From positions 496,376 to 560,375 of the forward strand of contig CAJINV010000002.1 in NCBI GenBank assembly GCA_905178155.1: 64,000 bases of DNA. Direction: 5' to 3'. The position numbers and the translations under genes are program-made. This document shows positions 10,657 to 22,800 of the stretch, in pieces (position 1 is the stretch's first letter; each line of letters begins with the position of its first letter). The stretch is from Amoebophrya sp. A120 (Eukaryota; Protista; Dinoflagellata). Under the pieces are notes generated by a model. That model saw only the letters and a program-made list of their open reading frames with translations, made no database searches and was not told the origin of the DNA.

Positions 10657-13600
10657 CTACTTCGCGTAGAAAAACAGCCAGACAAGCAGCACCGTAACCC
10701 CGGCCATCGGGGTCAACCCGATCACCAGCGTCGCGTTCTGTCCCACCCAACTCTGCTCCTCTTCTGGGTAACGGATTAAGTAATTGTGCGGCGGCGGCCA
10801 AGTTGGTTTATTGTGAAGCGTGCGGTAGGCAGAAGAAGGTTCAAGAACTTGTTGTGCTACTTGTTCTGCCGAAGTTGTTTTCATACTGCTGGAAATTATC
10901 CCGGAAGGATGATGAGCTCCGTCATCATGGTACAACGATGAACTACCGCCAGCATTCATTTCAACGACCGCTTGCTGGTTGTTCACAAGAACTAGACCTT
11001 CTTGCGACGCCCAAGACGCCGGTGCTCCTTCATCTGAAGAAGAGGACTCGGCCGAGTCTACTTGTGGAGCGCCGTCCACCTCCGGTTCCGTCGACACATT
11101 GGAAATGCCCCGCGTCAACTGCCCCCACGTCTTTGACAGCGCAGCGGTCACCGAATTTTTGTATCCATCTTCGCGTTATCAAATGTAAAAATGTCTGGGT
11201 CTGGAAGAATCATGCTGTTTTTGCATGACACAGAAGGTCTGGCATGGAAGCTCTAGCATCACAGGTTTTTTGAGAAGCTTCCGCAATGCCCAACCCGCAT
11301 GAGAAATCCCCCATTTTGGTGACAGAAAGTCGGCAGCTTTTCCTACCTATGCATGAGAGACTTTTCTGTGTTCTGAAATACGCATTACAAGTTGCATTCT
11401 TCCAGACATCCAGGGATTTTTACATTTGATACGCGTGGAACCACGACCATGTGGTCCGACGTGTTTTTCTTGTATCCTATTTAAAAACGTCCCCACCCCA
11501 TAGTTGTAATGCAAATCTGAATGCTGAAAATGTTTCTCATGCGGAGCTCCATGAGAAGCATTTTCCAATCGCGTTGTGCAATTTGTCATGCTTCAATCAG
11601 CATGGTATGCTAGATCTGTGATGCTGCTGAGCTAGCTCAAACAGCACTACACTACGAATCCAAATTTGTCATGCAAAACACCCAAAACTTGTGGATTTGT
11701 CTAGCCGATTCCCCAATTTGACTATGGTGTGGGGACGTTTTTACTCAGGATATCTTGTGCATCTGGTTCTGCAGGTTCATTTGATCATTTTGATTTTGCT
11801 GCTGCTTCATACGATTATTTCTCGTGTTTGTTCTTCCTGTGTACACGAAAAATTTGAATTATGCATTGCAAAAGTATCGTACTAGTATGAATCGCAATAC
11901 AAATTTTCCCAGCAGGAAAAATGCAATTTGTAATGCTGATTTCGCTAAGAAACAAGATTTTTTGTCATGCATGGTTGCAATTAGTACGAGTACGATACTT
12001 TTGCACAGGATATGAATTCGTCTTGGCCGATTTTCTGGTCCACGATGTGCACGTCTGGCGCCAGGTTCAGGTCTGCTGCTTTATCCCCGTCGAATTGGCT
12101 GACAAGGACGTAATCGGCTTCTAACGCGTTCAGATTCAATCCCGGGTTCATTTGTTTGGAAATAACATCAGCTGGCGTTGTGTTATTCATTTTTCCGTCT
12201 ACGTCATCTTCCCAGAAAAACAACTCCGCCGAGTCCTCCGCACTCGGGTTCCAAGTGAGGGGCGGCAATTTATGTACCTGCGGCGCAACAACGGAGCCAG
12301 AATGCAGGTTCGTTGTACTAGCGGTCGGCGGTTGCAGCTGCACTGGTGTTTGATGTTGTTGTCCGTGATGTTGTGTAGTTCCTTGTCCTTGTTGTGTTGT
12401 TGTTCCCTGTCCTTGCTGCGGAGTTGTGTGTGTTCCACCTTGTTGTCCCTGTTGCAATGTCGGATCAAGATCATCATCGGGGGTCGTTTGTCCTTGTTGT
12501 TGTCCCCCTGTGGTGGTGGTCTGGCCAGTAGTGGTTTGCGGTTGTTGCACCGTCGCTGGTGGGTCAGGGTCGACAGCTGAAATTACAGTGGGCGATGTAG
12601 TAGCTCCACCTGATGTTGAGGGCGCTGTAGATGATCCACCTGTTGATGGTGAAGCTCCTCCTCCTATCAAATGTAAAAATGTCTGGGTCTGGAAGAGTCG
12701 GGGCTTGTCATGCACATTTTGCATGACCCATCAAGTCTGTGATGCTGGTGCTAGCATCACAGATTTTTTGAGAGCTTCTTGATGCTTATTACGCATGACA
12801 AATGCCCTCTCCGCGTGCCAAGAGCTGACTCCTCTTCCTGCTCACGCAACACAGATATTTTTAGAATCCGCAGACAGCATTACAAGTTCCACTCTTCCAG
12901 ACCCAGACATTTTTGCAATCCATACCTCCTCCTCCCGTTGTTCCACCAGGAGTGGACGACGTCTGCTGTCCGGAACCGTCTGTAGGTCCGCTCGCAGTTG
13001 TTCCACCGAACGAGCTAGAACTACCTGGTCCTGTAGTTGTACCTGCTGCACTAGTTGGACCAGTGCCCGTTCCGGCCCCGGGCAACAGCACCTGTGTAGT
13101 TGTACCCCCAGGCGTTGTCGAAACAGCCGTGCCAGTTTGCCGCTGGTCAGACGACGCGGAGCCTGGAACTATCGTAGAAGCTCCTCCCCCCGCTCCACCA
13201 CTGCCACCACCGCTGCCTCCAGAAGTAGATGAACCACTATCACGAGGACCTTGGCTGCTCGTGCCCCGGACCGCTGCCATCACCGCCGCGTCGCGGTCTG
13301 TGCGAAGCTGAGCACTTGTTCCAGTTGCTGTTCCTGCTCCCTGCAGCAGCTGTGCCTGTTCTCGTCGCGCCTCGTACTGGATAAGCACTTCCTCCGCTGC
13401 CTGGATCCTCTGTCGTTCATCGGGATCTAACTGCGCAATCCGATTTCTCAACCCTTGCAGCCGACCTTCTGCATCGGCTTGTGCGGCGATCTGGGACGGA
13501 GTTTGCTGTGCGTCGTTCATCGTGCTTCTAGTGGGATCTGCATTAGAACTTCTATATCCGTTCACCTCTTCCCGCAATGCCATCAATTGTCGCACCACTG

Positions 13601-13780
13601 CCCACACGTGCGCCCGAATGCGGCGTTCCTCCGGAGAAATCGGCTCGTAAGTTTCCGCACTGCTGCTCACATCAAGCGGCTGTCCCTGCCCACGCCAGGT
13701 AACCGAGCTGTGGATACGCCGGCCAGTGGGGTTGTGAAACGGAAAAATTGTTGTAGTGCACCCAGTAGTTGTACCAGAAA
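10657..13780 (-). CDS. Thr/Gly/Gln-rich protein with C-terminal transmembrane anchor (surface/mucin-like); start uncertain
   Basis: Four introners splice out in frame (...GQDEFKFFVYTG...MHKKNTSDHMVVVPREDGYKNSVTAALSK...). The protein ends LVIGLTPMAGVTVLLVWLFFYAK*. Confidence 0.6.
11177..11431. mobile_element. Introner family A
   Basis: A-type TIR; DR cgcgt. Confidence 0.9.
11473..11752. mobile_element. Introner family G
   Basis: TIR tatcct...taaaaacgtccccac; DR tcttg. Confidence 0.9.
11860..12012. mobile_element. Introner family C
   Basis: C-type TIR; DR tgaat; near-identical reverse complement of the 32142 copy. Confidence 0.9.
12665..12924. mobile_element. Introner family A
   Basis: A-type TIR; DR cctcc. 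Confidence 0.9.
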
Positions 13781-13896
13781 AATATAAATGAATTGAGGTA
13801 TTTCTATTTCTACTTGAACAAGTTTGAAGATCACATTCAAATCCGCAGCACAAGTCTATTTATTTTTCTGGCTCAATTATGGGTGTTGTACTACAA

Positions 13897-16800
13897 CTAC
13901 TTTTTCTGCATCGGATAAGCATCGTGCGTCGCGTACGGCCCGCCAATGATGTATGGAAGCGTCAGGTTTGAAATCGACAAAGTTGAAATGATTTGTCATG
14001 CATAAAATGCAAGGCATGGAGTGCCTGTCTTCTCGGGATGGCAAGTGAGGCCGACTGTCAGCCTGTTTAGGGTTTGAAATAGAGCTGCTAAAGTAGCATG
14101 ACAAAAGCAGTCGTCTGTGCCAAAGCAGCATGACAAATTGGATTCCTCTGCTCGGAAAATTTGTCATGTACCGCTTTGAAATTGGGCTTCCAGGTGGTAT
14201 CGATTTTATGCATTACAAGTTATTTCAACTTTGACGATTTCAATCCTGACGCTTCCATATGATGGCATGGATGCGCAAGGAGCCCTCTGGACCTGGAGGT
14301 ATGTCCATAGGATCCACCTCCTGTTCCTCTCCAGTTTCTGGCGCGACCGGCGGCTGCACTATAGTCATCGTCTGCGTCTGCCCCCCCAGGTTGGCGGTGG
14401 TACTACTCGACGGTGGACCCCCGCCTGCCCCGACATCCTGTCCCGCCGCCGCGCTGCCATCCCGCTGCAGTGCGTCCCGCAAGATCAGATCTTGAATCGA
14501 CCAAATCTTCGTCGGTCCGCTTCGTTTGAAGGCGCCCTGCCCGCTGCTCAATTTGACGGCGTCGTCGGTGGAAAAGTTGATGAAGAAGCTTGTCGGATCG
14601 ATCAGCTGCTTATCTAAATCTTCCAACTGGCGGCGCAACCGTTTTTCGTGCGTTTTTTTCGTTACGGGCTTGCCGTCAAACTCCTTTTCCTCGCGCTGCT
14701 TCGCCTTCGTGAGTCTTATGCGATGGAAAAATATCGTACTATGTTGCGATAGGTTTTTGCATTTTTACAAGTTGATCATGCACAATGAAAAAGTTGTCAT
14801 GCTAGTTCAGGCATCAAGAGAAGTGAAATATGTCATGCAGTAACGCCATTTCATCTAGTAAACCTAAACCAGTACGATATTTGTTTTGCAATGCATAAGC
14901 TTCTTCCCATCACCGTCTTGCTCCTCGAGGTCCGATTCCCCTTGCTGTTCCGCGTCGGAACCTCCGCTGGCGGGAGATACGTCTTCATCTTTAATTCCAC
15001 CCTCAGCGGGAGATGCTGCTGCTGCTGCTGCTGCTGCTGCACCCTCTGCGGGAGCTACAGGTCCTCCTGCTTGTAATTCCGCAAGTTCAATCTGCGGCAG
15101 CCCTTCAACAACTGGATGAGCTTTAGCTTTAGCAGCTGCAGCTCTCGGCGTGGTTTTTACACCAGCTGCCGGCAGTGTACTGGCACTGTCCAGAGCTGCA
15201 CTTCCAGCAGCCACGTGCTGCTGCCCTGCTTCCTCGCCCGAAGCTGCTGGTCCAGCAGCTGCTGCTCCACTTGTAACATCATCGTCCCCAGTACCAGAAC
15301 CACTTTGTGGTCCGCCGTTGCGCGACAGTTCGTTTTCCGCGAAACGGAGTGCCCTTCGCTTCGCGAAGGCCATGATGCTTTTGTTCACATCTTCCGAATC
15401 AACGTCTTCTGGAGCTGGAGCAGCTGCAGCAGCACTGCCTTCTTGCTCCTCGTCGTATTCCGGGTCCCAATCCTCGTCCTCATCGTCTTCCGGATCCCAA
15501 TAGACCTCAGGCTCAATGGCCCACTCATCGTCCGTCCAAGACAGATTGGAATCGGTTTCGTCATCGTCGCCTGGAGTGGTTGTCTCGGTTTCATCTTTCA
15601 TGTTCTTGCCCCCCGCCGCGAGTTGTTGTTCGTCTTGTTGTTCATCCCCTATGCCCAGGTTCATCTCGTCTTCCGGACTCACGCTGGCAGCTGGGCTTCC
15701 GGTCGAGTCTGAATCCTGCGGAATTTCATGATGTAGTGGGGCCTGCAGCCCCCGCGAAGCAGATCTTCCGGCCGCGAGATGTTGCCCAAGAAGCCGATCA
15801 TTCTCCTGCTCCGCCTGCAAAGCGACGTCAATTTGTAATTGTGGAAGTAGGGGACTGCCGTGTTGTTGTAGTGCTGCTGGCTGCAGCTGGTGCTCGTGGG
15901 GCGCGGCCTCATCACGCATTCGTCGCACTACGTCCGGCGTGCGCGAAACTGATCGCGATGGTGAGCCAGAGCCACTTCCTCCCAAAATGCCGAACGCGTC
16001 CGTCCGCAGTTGCTGTGTATGAAATGCAAAAGTATCGTACTCGTAGTCCTGGCATTCACGCATTACAAATTTTTTTTCTTAATGCTGGGGAAATTTGTAT
16101 ATGCATTTATACGAGTACGATACTCTTCCAACGCATACTGTGGGCTGACCTGCAGTTGGTTGGCCCGCCGCTCGGACGGGGAAGGGCCTCGTCTAGGGGT
16201 TCGTGGGGGCGATAGACCACCTTCATCTCCGTGCGGCACGGCGGGCCTTTGGTGCCGTTGCTCCTCCAAGTGCGGCTCCAGGGACTCGCGCCACTCGGCA
16301 GTTTGCAACGGGGGGGCATCTACTAGTACTTCGCCAGGACGACCACGAGGACCCACCTCCTGCTGCAGCTCTCCGTCAACGCGGCCCAGCTGCTGTTGCT
16401 GCTCGTTCCCTTCCCCTTCCTGTCCTTGTGCAGCCCGACTCCGCACTACAGCCTCTTCGATCGACCGGTTCCTCCGTCCCGCCCGCTCCGCGCGGTCAAC
16501 AGCTTCGGACAGGGCAGCGCTGGGACGATGATCATGTTGCCGTTCGCTCACACGAGATGAACTTGGAAATGGATCTTCACGTGGGGGCGACGGGCTGGAA
16601 GGTAGTACCGCAGGGGATGGGAGCTGAAAGTCGCTGAGGTTGTCGACACTGCCGCGTTCGGAGGTGGTGCCGTCATCTGCTTGTAGTTCTCCTGCTGGTC
16701 GTGCAGGTTGTAGTACAACTTGTGGTGGTGCAGGTGCCAACACAGGTGGTGGTGGTCCTCCAGCGCCTCCCTCTTCAAGCCCGGCGAGGCACGCTCGCAC

Positions 16801-19800
16801 GTGTTCTGGATTCACGTCCGGCGGTGGAGCTTCACGCCTCACTTGGTCGACGTTATGAATTGCAAAAGTGTCGTACTCGTACGAATTGCATTTATGCATT
16901 ACAATTTTTTTTTTTCAAGCTAAATCAGCATGACAAATTGCATTTGTCATGCAGCTGAGCTAATTTGTAATTGTATTGCATCCATCAAGACTACGAACAT
17001 ATACGGTGCTTTTGCAGTGCATAGAGGTCCACAGGGGGCAATATCGTCCCGAAATCGTCTGCGTGTCCCACAACCGAGTTGCCCGCGGAGCCGGTGGCTG
17101 ACGAATCACCAGGGCGCCGGTTTTGCTGCACCACTTCCTGTATCCTGTGCAAAAGTATCGTACTCGTACTAATTGCAATCATGCATGACAAATCTTGTTT
17201 CTGAGCGAAATCAGCATTACAAATTCCATTTTTCCTTCTGGAGAAATTTGTATTGCGATTTATACTAGTACGATACTTTTGCAATGCATATCCTGCATCC
17301 GGGCGATCAGCGCCTGGCAGACGAGTTCCATGGCTCGTTGTCGGTCTCCTGCTGTCCCAAAAAGCTCTACAGTTTCCGCGATAGACGCCTCGTCGTCCTC
17401 TCGGTACTGGGGAGATAATAACGGCGCACCATGGGCGGGGCGATGATCGTTGTCGACTGTTGGTCCTCGTCCTCCTTCGACTACGTGCCCGCCGACTGCT
17501 GCTGCAACTTCTGAAAGTAGAGGACCACCACCTTCAGCAGGGCCACTCACAGGTGGAGCTGCCCCTGCCCCCATCCTCGTGCCTATAATTTTCTGCAACA
17601 CGTGAAGCAGCTGGTCGTGCATCTGTTGCTTCGTGATCGCCGCGCCCAGGGACATCAGGTTGTAACTGTGGAAAATCTGCGCGGGGTAACCCTCGTACAG
17701 TTTCAGCTTCTCCTTAATCGGCAGCACCAAATCCAGCGGGTGTGATGCGTCCGCGGTGGCGCCTACTTCTATTTGCGACGACGACGACGACGACGACCGC
17801 ATCTCCCGCCGCCTTTGCAACTCCCGCTTCAGGACCTCGGAAGCCGCCGAGGGCGACAGACCGCAAACTTCTTGTGCTCCTGTTGGAAGATCATCTTCAG
17901 GGCCCCCAAGCTGGAGGACGCTGTGAAACAAGAAAGCCTCCGCCTGACGGGAAACGGTGCGCTTGTACAGAACCCAGGGCGAAGGAGATGGTGAACTACC
18001 ACCGGAAGCTGCGGACGCAGTACCAGCGGTCGCCGGTGGCGCTACCGCTTTGATGGTGGAAAACGAGGCGACTTTATGCCGCATGACGCCAATCCCGTCG
18101 CGGAGGGCGAACCGCAAACCCCCCTCGGGCCGGTCGGGTTGGATCGTGCTGCCCGCTGAGGAGCCGTCTTCGGCAGGAACAGCTATCAAGGTGAAAAATC
18201 CCCCCACCCCATACTCAAACTAGAAACTTGCGATGCAGATTTGTGGTCACAAATCAGCTTTGTCATGCTAGAAGGGAAAAGATGCGGACTGTAGTGCTTG
18301 TTGGCGTGGGAATAAGCCTATGCGTCTCCAGCATGACAGGGGGCAGCTGGAAGTGGGAAACAGCATGACAAGTTGCCTGCACCAAACGAGGCCACAGCTG
18401 CGTCTCTTGGCCTTCTAGCATTACAAGTCGATTTGTGTACTCAAATACAGCATCACAAATTTCGTTTTCGATATGGGGAGGGGGGATTTTTCCTTTTGAT
18501 AACAGCCTGCCCAAACGCGCTCAGTTGCGCGCGTCGCAGCTCCCGAATCGAAATTTCCAAGGCAAACCCGTGCGGCTTGTCGGCTCTTTGCTTCAGTATA
18601 GATGTTGAACTAGTAGGGGTACTACCGTTAGGCTTATTACCAGCGGCTTGTTGTTGGCCGTCGCTTGCATGTTGATGTTCACAAAAATCTCCAGCAATGT
18701 ATCCCTTGTCCTCTTGCTTCGAATAAATGCTGGTTGCACTTCTATGACCAAGAACAGCAGAAGCACCAGCTGCTCCCGATAGTGCACTGCTGTCTGCACT
18801 TCTCCCGCGCCGGAGCGCGGGTCGGTCGGGCGTGGCAAAAGGGTCGTGTAGTCGATGATTGTGCGGATCATGAGTCGTTGTACCTTGCGGCTCGTTGTGC
18901 TTGCCATAGTGGGCTATGCCATCCGCATCCACTAAAGTAGCCGTTTCTCGAAGTCCACTTACTGCTACAACTCCGGCGTCGCTCGCACTACTGGAGAGGC
19001 CGGCGGCCGAAGCGGCAGAACTGGGAATGTTGAACATGCTGCGCGACTGCTCCTGCTGCTGAGCATAGTCCGGTCGGGCGGGAGGCAGCTGCGGCACAAC
19101 TAGTCCTGGTTCTGCAGGTTGTAGTTCGCTTGTGGGAAAGGCGAATTGCGTGGGCTGTTGATGGTGCTGGCCTCGCTGCTGCAATTGCAATTGGTCCCGG
19201 ACAAGTCGGAAGTCCTTGGGGGATGATCCTGCAGGCACGGCCTGTGGAGCTTCTGCACCAGGAGAAGGTCGCTCGACAACAACCTCCTCTGCCGCAGCAC
19301 ACGTCGCAATATTCGGGTCACCATTCCCGCCGGGCTGGTATCCCAGAGCGTGTTCAACATGTGGTCCGCCTGGTGTCGCCCCGGGCTGCTCCTGTTGGTC
19401 AACTTCAGCGGCTGCACTGCACCGAGAGGTGGGCATCAAATGTCCTCGTTGGTCTTCGCTGCTAGAAGTACCAACAACACCTACCTCGTCCGCACTACCA
19501 GTAGAACCACCTGGTGCCCTTGCAGCAGCAGCAGCAGCAGCCGCACTGCTAGACTCCTGCTGCGTCATACTAATTCCACCTGGGGGCAAGGAGAACGGAG
19601 GAGGCATCGGGGGAGGAGCGCCGCCCCGCCCTCCGACTTGCGCGAACAAATTTTGTGCCCGCGCCCCGCCCCGTTGCGCGAACAAATTTTGTGCCTGTTG
19701 CGCTTCGTCGGCCTCCGCCTGCTCTTTCCGCTCTTCTCTGTTCGTAAACGGCTGGCCAACCAGGGTGCCCCCCTTGTCCTTTTCCGGACTGTAAAAGAAG

Positions 19801-22800
19801 GGCGCACGGATGCTTTTCCGGGGCGTCTGCTCGCCCGGGGCTGGTAGGGACGATGATGCTTCTGGGTGCTCGTCTGCCTGCCCGAAGGACGGGGTCGGCG
19901 CTCGCGCCGCGCGCGGCGTGGACGGAGGTGGAAGTGGGGCGACGACGGGAAGAGGTTCATCTGCCAGAGGTCCTGCTACTTCTTGGACTAAGTGTTCCTC
20001 CTGTCCGGCTGGTCTCGTCTGAGAGAAGAACCTCCCCGACATCGTGGTCCTCGTCCCAGCAGCTTCTGTTCCACCGCTTCCAAAAGTGGGTGTAGCCGCT
20101 CGACCTCCGCCTTGCTCAAGAACATCATTGTTGTTCAGAGCTGCACGAGCAGCCAAAGCGCCTGCCAGATCCCCCGAGAGACCCGCCGGCACGACCGGCG
20201 GTGGGGTCGTCGTTCGGGGGAGAACAGGCGTGTTGAATAAGGCTCCGGGGTGTAGAAGCGGCGGGACGTGCTCATCCCCGTGCTGTTGTTCGGATGAAGC
20301 TCCTCCTGTTGTATCAGGAATTACCGGCTGTACTATCGGATTGTCCAACACAACGCGCACCGCTGCCGCACTCGTCGTCACCGACTGCAGTCCCGCGGGG
20401 AGTTCATGTTGACCTTCCTCCAGGCCGCCGACCTGCGGAGTTTGTCCAGGTGGTGACGGTGGCCAGCGAAACGAGTACTGCCTGTCCTGCGCTTCCAGAG
20501 CTATGTCGGCCGCAGGTGCAACACCTGCTGGACCCTGTTCTAGTGCAGCTGCCGCCGCCTCCGCCGCTTGTCGTTTCTCGCGCTGCTGCCGGAGCTCGGA
20601 TCGCCCCATGGCGATCCCTATTTCGCCCCAGGGACCGAATTTCGGAGTGGGAACTTCATTCTTCCTGCTACGAGAGTCCTTTCTTGCTGATGTCCTAGCA
20701 TCTCTACTGCCGGCCCCTACCGACCCGGAAGCAGAGGCGGCTCCGTCCAACAGATCCTCCTCCGGAGAATGGGGGGGTAACGCCGTCGAGCCCTCGCTGC
20801 GAGCGCCGGGGGAGATGTTCTGCCGCCAGGCGAAGGTGGATTCCGACATGTCCCCGGACTGGGGTTTGGGTTTCTTTCCCTCCGGAGGCTGTTCTCCTTT
20901 CTTTGGCCTCTGCGGCGTTTGGAACCGCGGGTCGCCGCCTTCCAACAGCTCCTCCGGACTTTTCTGCACGGATCTTTTCGGCGATCCCGGTGGTTGTTGA
21001 GTCAAACTATAGTCTGGTGGACTAGCAGAGCTCCTGTAGCTCTCGCCCGAGGTGGTGCGGGAATGGGTGAATTGTTCACGGTGCAGTGGCGGGAAGGCAG
21101 CGGGAAGAGGAGCACCAACGGCTTGCTGCTGTTGCGCACGACGGTGCATTGGCACCGGCGGGCTACCCAGTCCTCCTGCGGAGGTGGAGGCCGCACTGGA
21201 AGAGGATCCAGCTGCTCCACCGGCGCACCTCTGCCGTGCGCCGGCGGCTTCTTCGTCTTTGGTGTCAACGTGGTATTTTTCCCGGGGCAAATAGACCAGA
21301 ACAGTTTGTTTCTCGAGGTTCAAATCCACGACGACGATGTTCCGCTGATCCGTCTGTTCAAGGAGAAATTTCCCCGGAGATTGGTCTTGCTCATTCCTCC
21401 GACCGGGGAGACGGGCGTAGGTGCTGTAGTGCGCCGCAATCTGCACGGAGGCGTCAAACGCTTTCGTGAAGGGGGTGACTAATCCGACTTTCTGCAAAGC
21501 GAGGTACTGCGCCGCCTGCAACCCACGTTGGACTGTTTAGTTGTTATTGTTTGTTGATGTGATACAATATTCATTGGTTATACATTTTGCACTATACTTG
21601 CAAGCGGCTAAACGCGGTGGAAATAAACTATCGCCTAGTAGCAATTCATCAGTGGATTTCATGCAAATCGCAATGTGTCCAAATTGAAAATTTGAATTCG
21701 ACCTGCTGACTCAAGTGCTAGAAGGTCAGTAGATTTCTCATGCAGGAGCGGCGCAACAAAAAATCTCAAATTATACGGTCTTCGAAGACGTTCTTGACGG
21801 AGCGCGAGTTCGGTGTGTTTGGTGTCATCGGTCCGCCACCTGCTCCCGTGCCTGGTGTATCACCCAAGCTTGCAGGGGTCCTTAGTACCTCTGTCCCGAC
21901 GACGGTGCTGCTTTCGTCCAGCGTGCTTGTTTGTCGAGTAGGAGGGGTTTCTTGATCGAGAGTTCGTGTGTCCAAGGTATGATCCCCCACGCTGGGCCGT
22001 CTGCTGTTCCCATCTGCACCAGGTGGACTTGTCATCTCTTGTTGGGGTTGTTCTTGTGTTCCCCCTGCAACCGCCGGGTTCAGCATCCGCCAGGTTTGCG
22101 GATACTTCTTCTCCAAATTTTGGAACAATTTCATCTCCTGAATCTGCTCAGACAGGTGGTGTTTGTACAGGTCGAAGGAGGCGATGGGCAGGTGCTGCAG
22201 GGCGGTGAAGAGTAGTTTTGCGAGAGATCCCTGGTCGGTGAAGGGAGCAGCTGGCTGAAGGCGTTCGTTGCTTCTGATGTGCTGGTCGTGGACGGGTGTA
22301 GTGGCCTGTGGGGGTTGTGATCAGAGATCATATCGTAGGACTTGTAGTATGTCGTTTTTAACTTCAATTTATACCCACGTTTTGACAAAATATATATCCA
22401 ACCACTTGATCAACTTTTGATCGACACTAACTTCCACGTATCAACAACAAATGCCGAGGGAGGTACTTCACGACATCTTCCTCTTCGTCTTCTTTCAGAG
22501 ATGAAAATGAAATTCCTAAATCCTATGTATAAGCCCGTTACGCTGGCACGAGACGAGAGATTTTGATTTTTAGAATCGCCGCAGTTGAGAATGGTACAAC
22601 TACTATGGAGAACGATGAATAGAAGGAACTAGAAGATACCAGCACGACGCTCATATAATGGGCCGCTAACACGACTTTGTCCCAACTGTAAAAGCAAGTA
22701 AACCACCAGTCTGTTCTACTACTTACCTGTGCCGCGGAAGATGATGCTCCTGCGCTAGACGATCTTCCGCCGGCGGCAGACGACCCGGGACTGACATTCA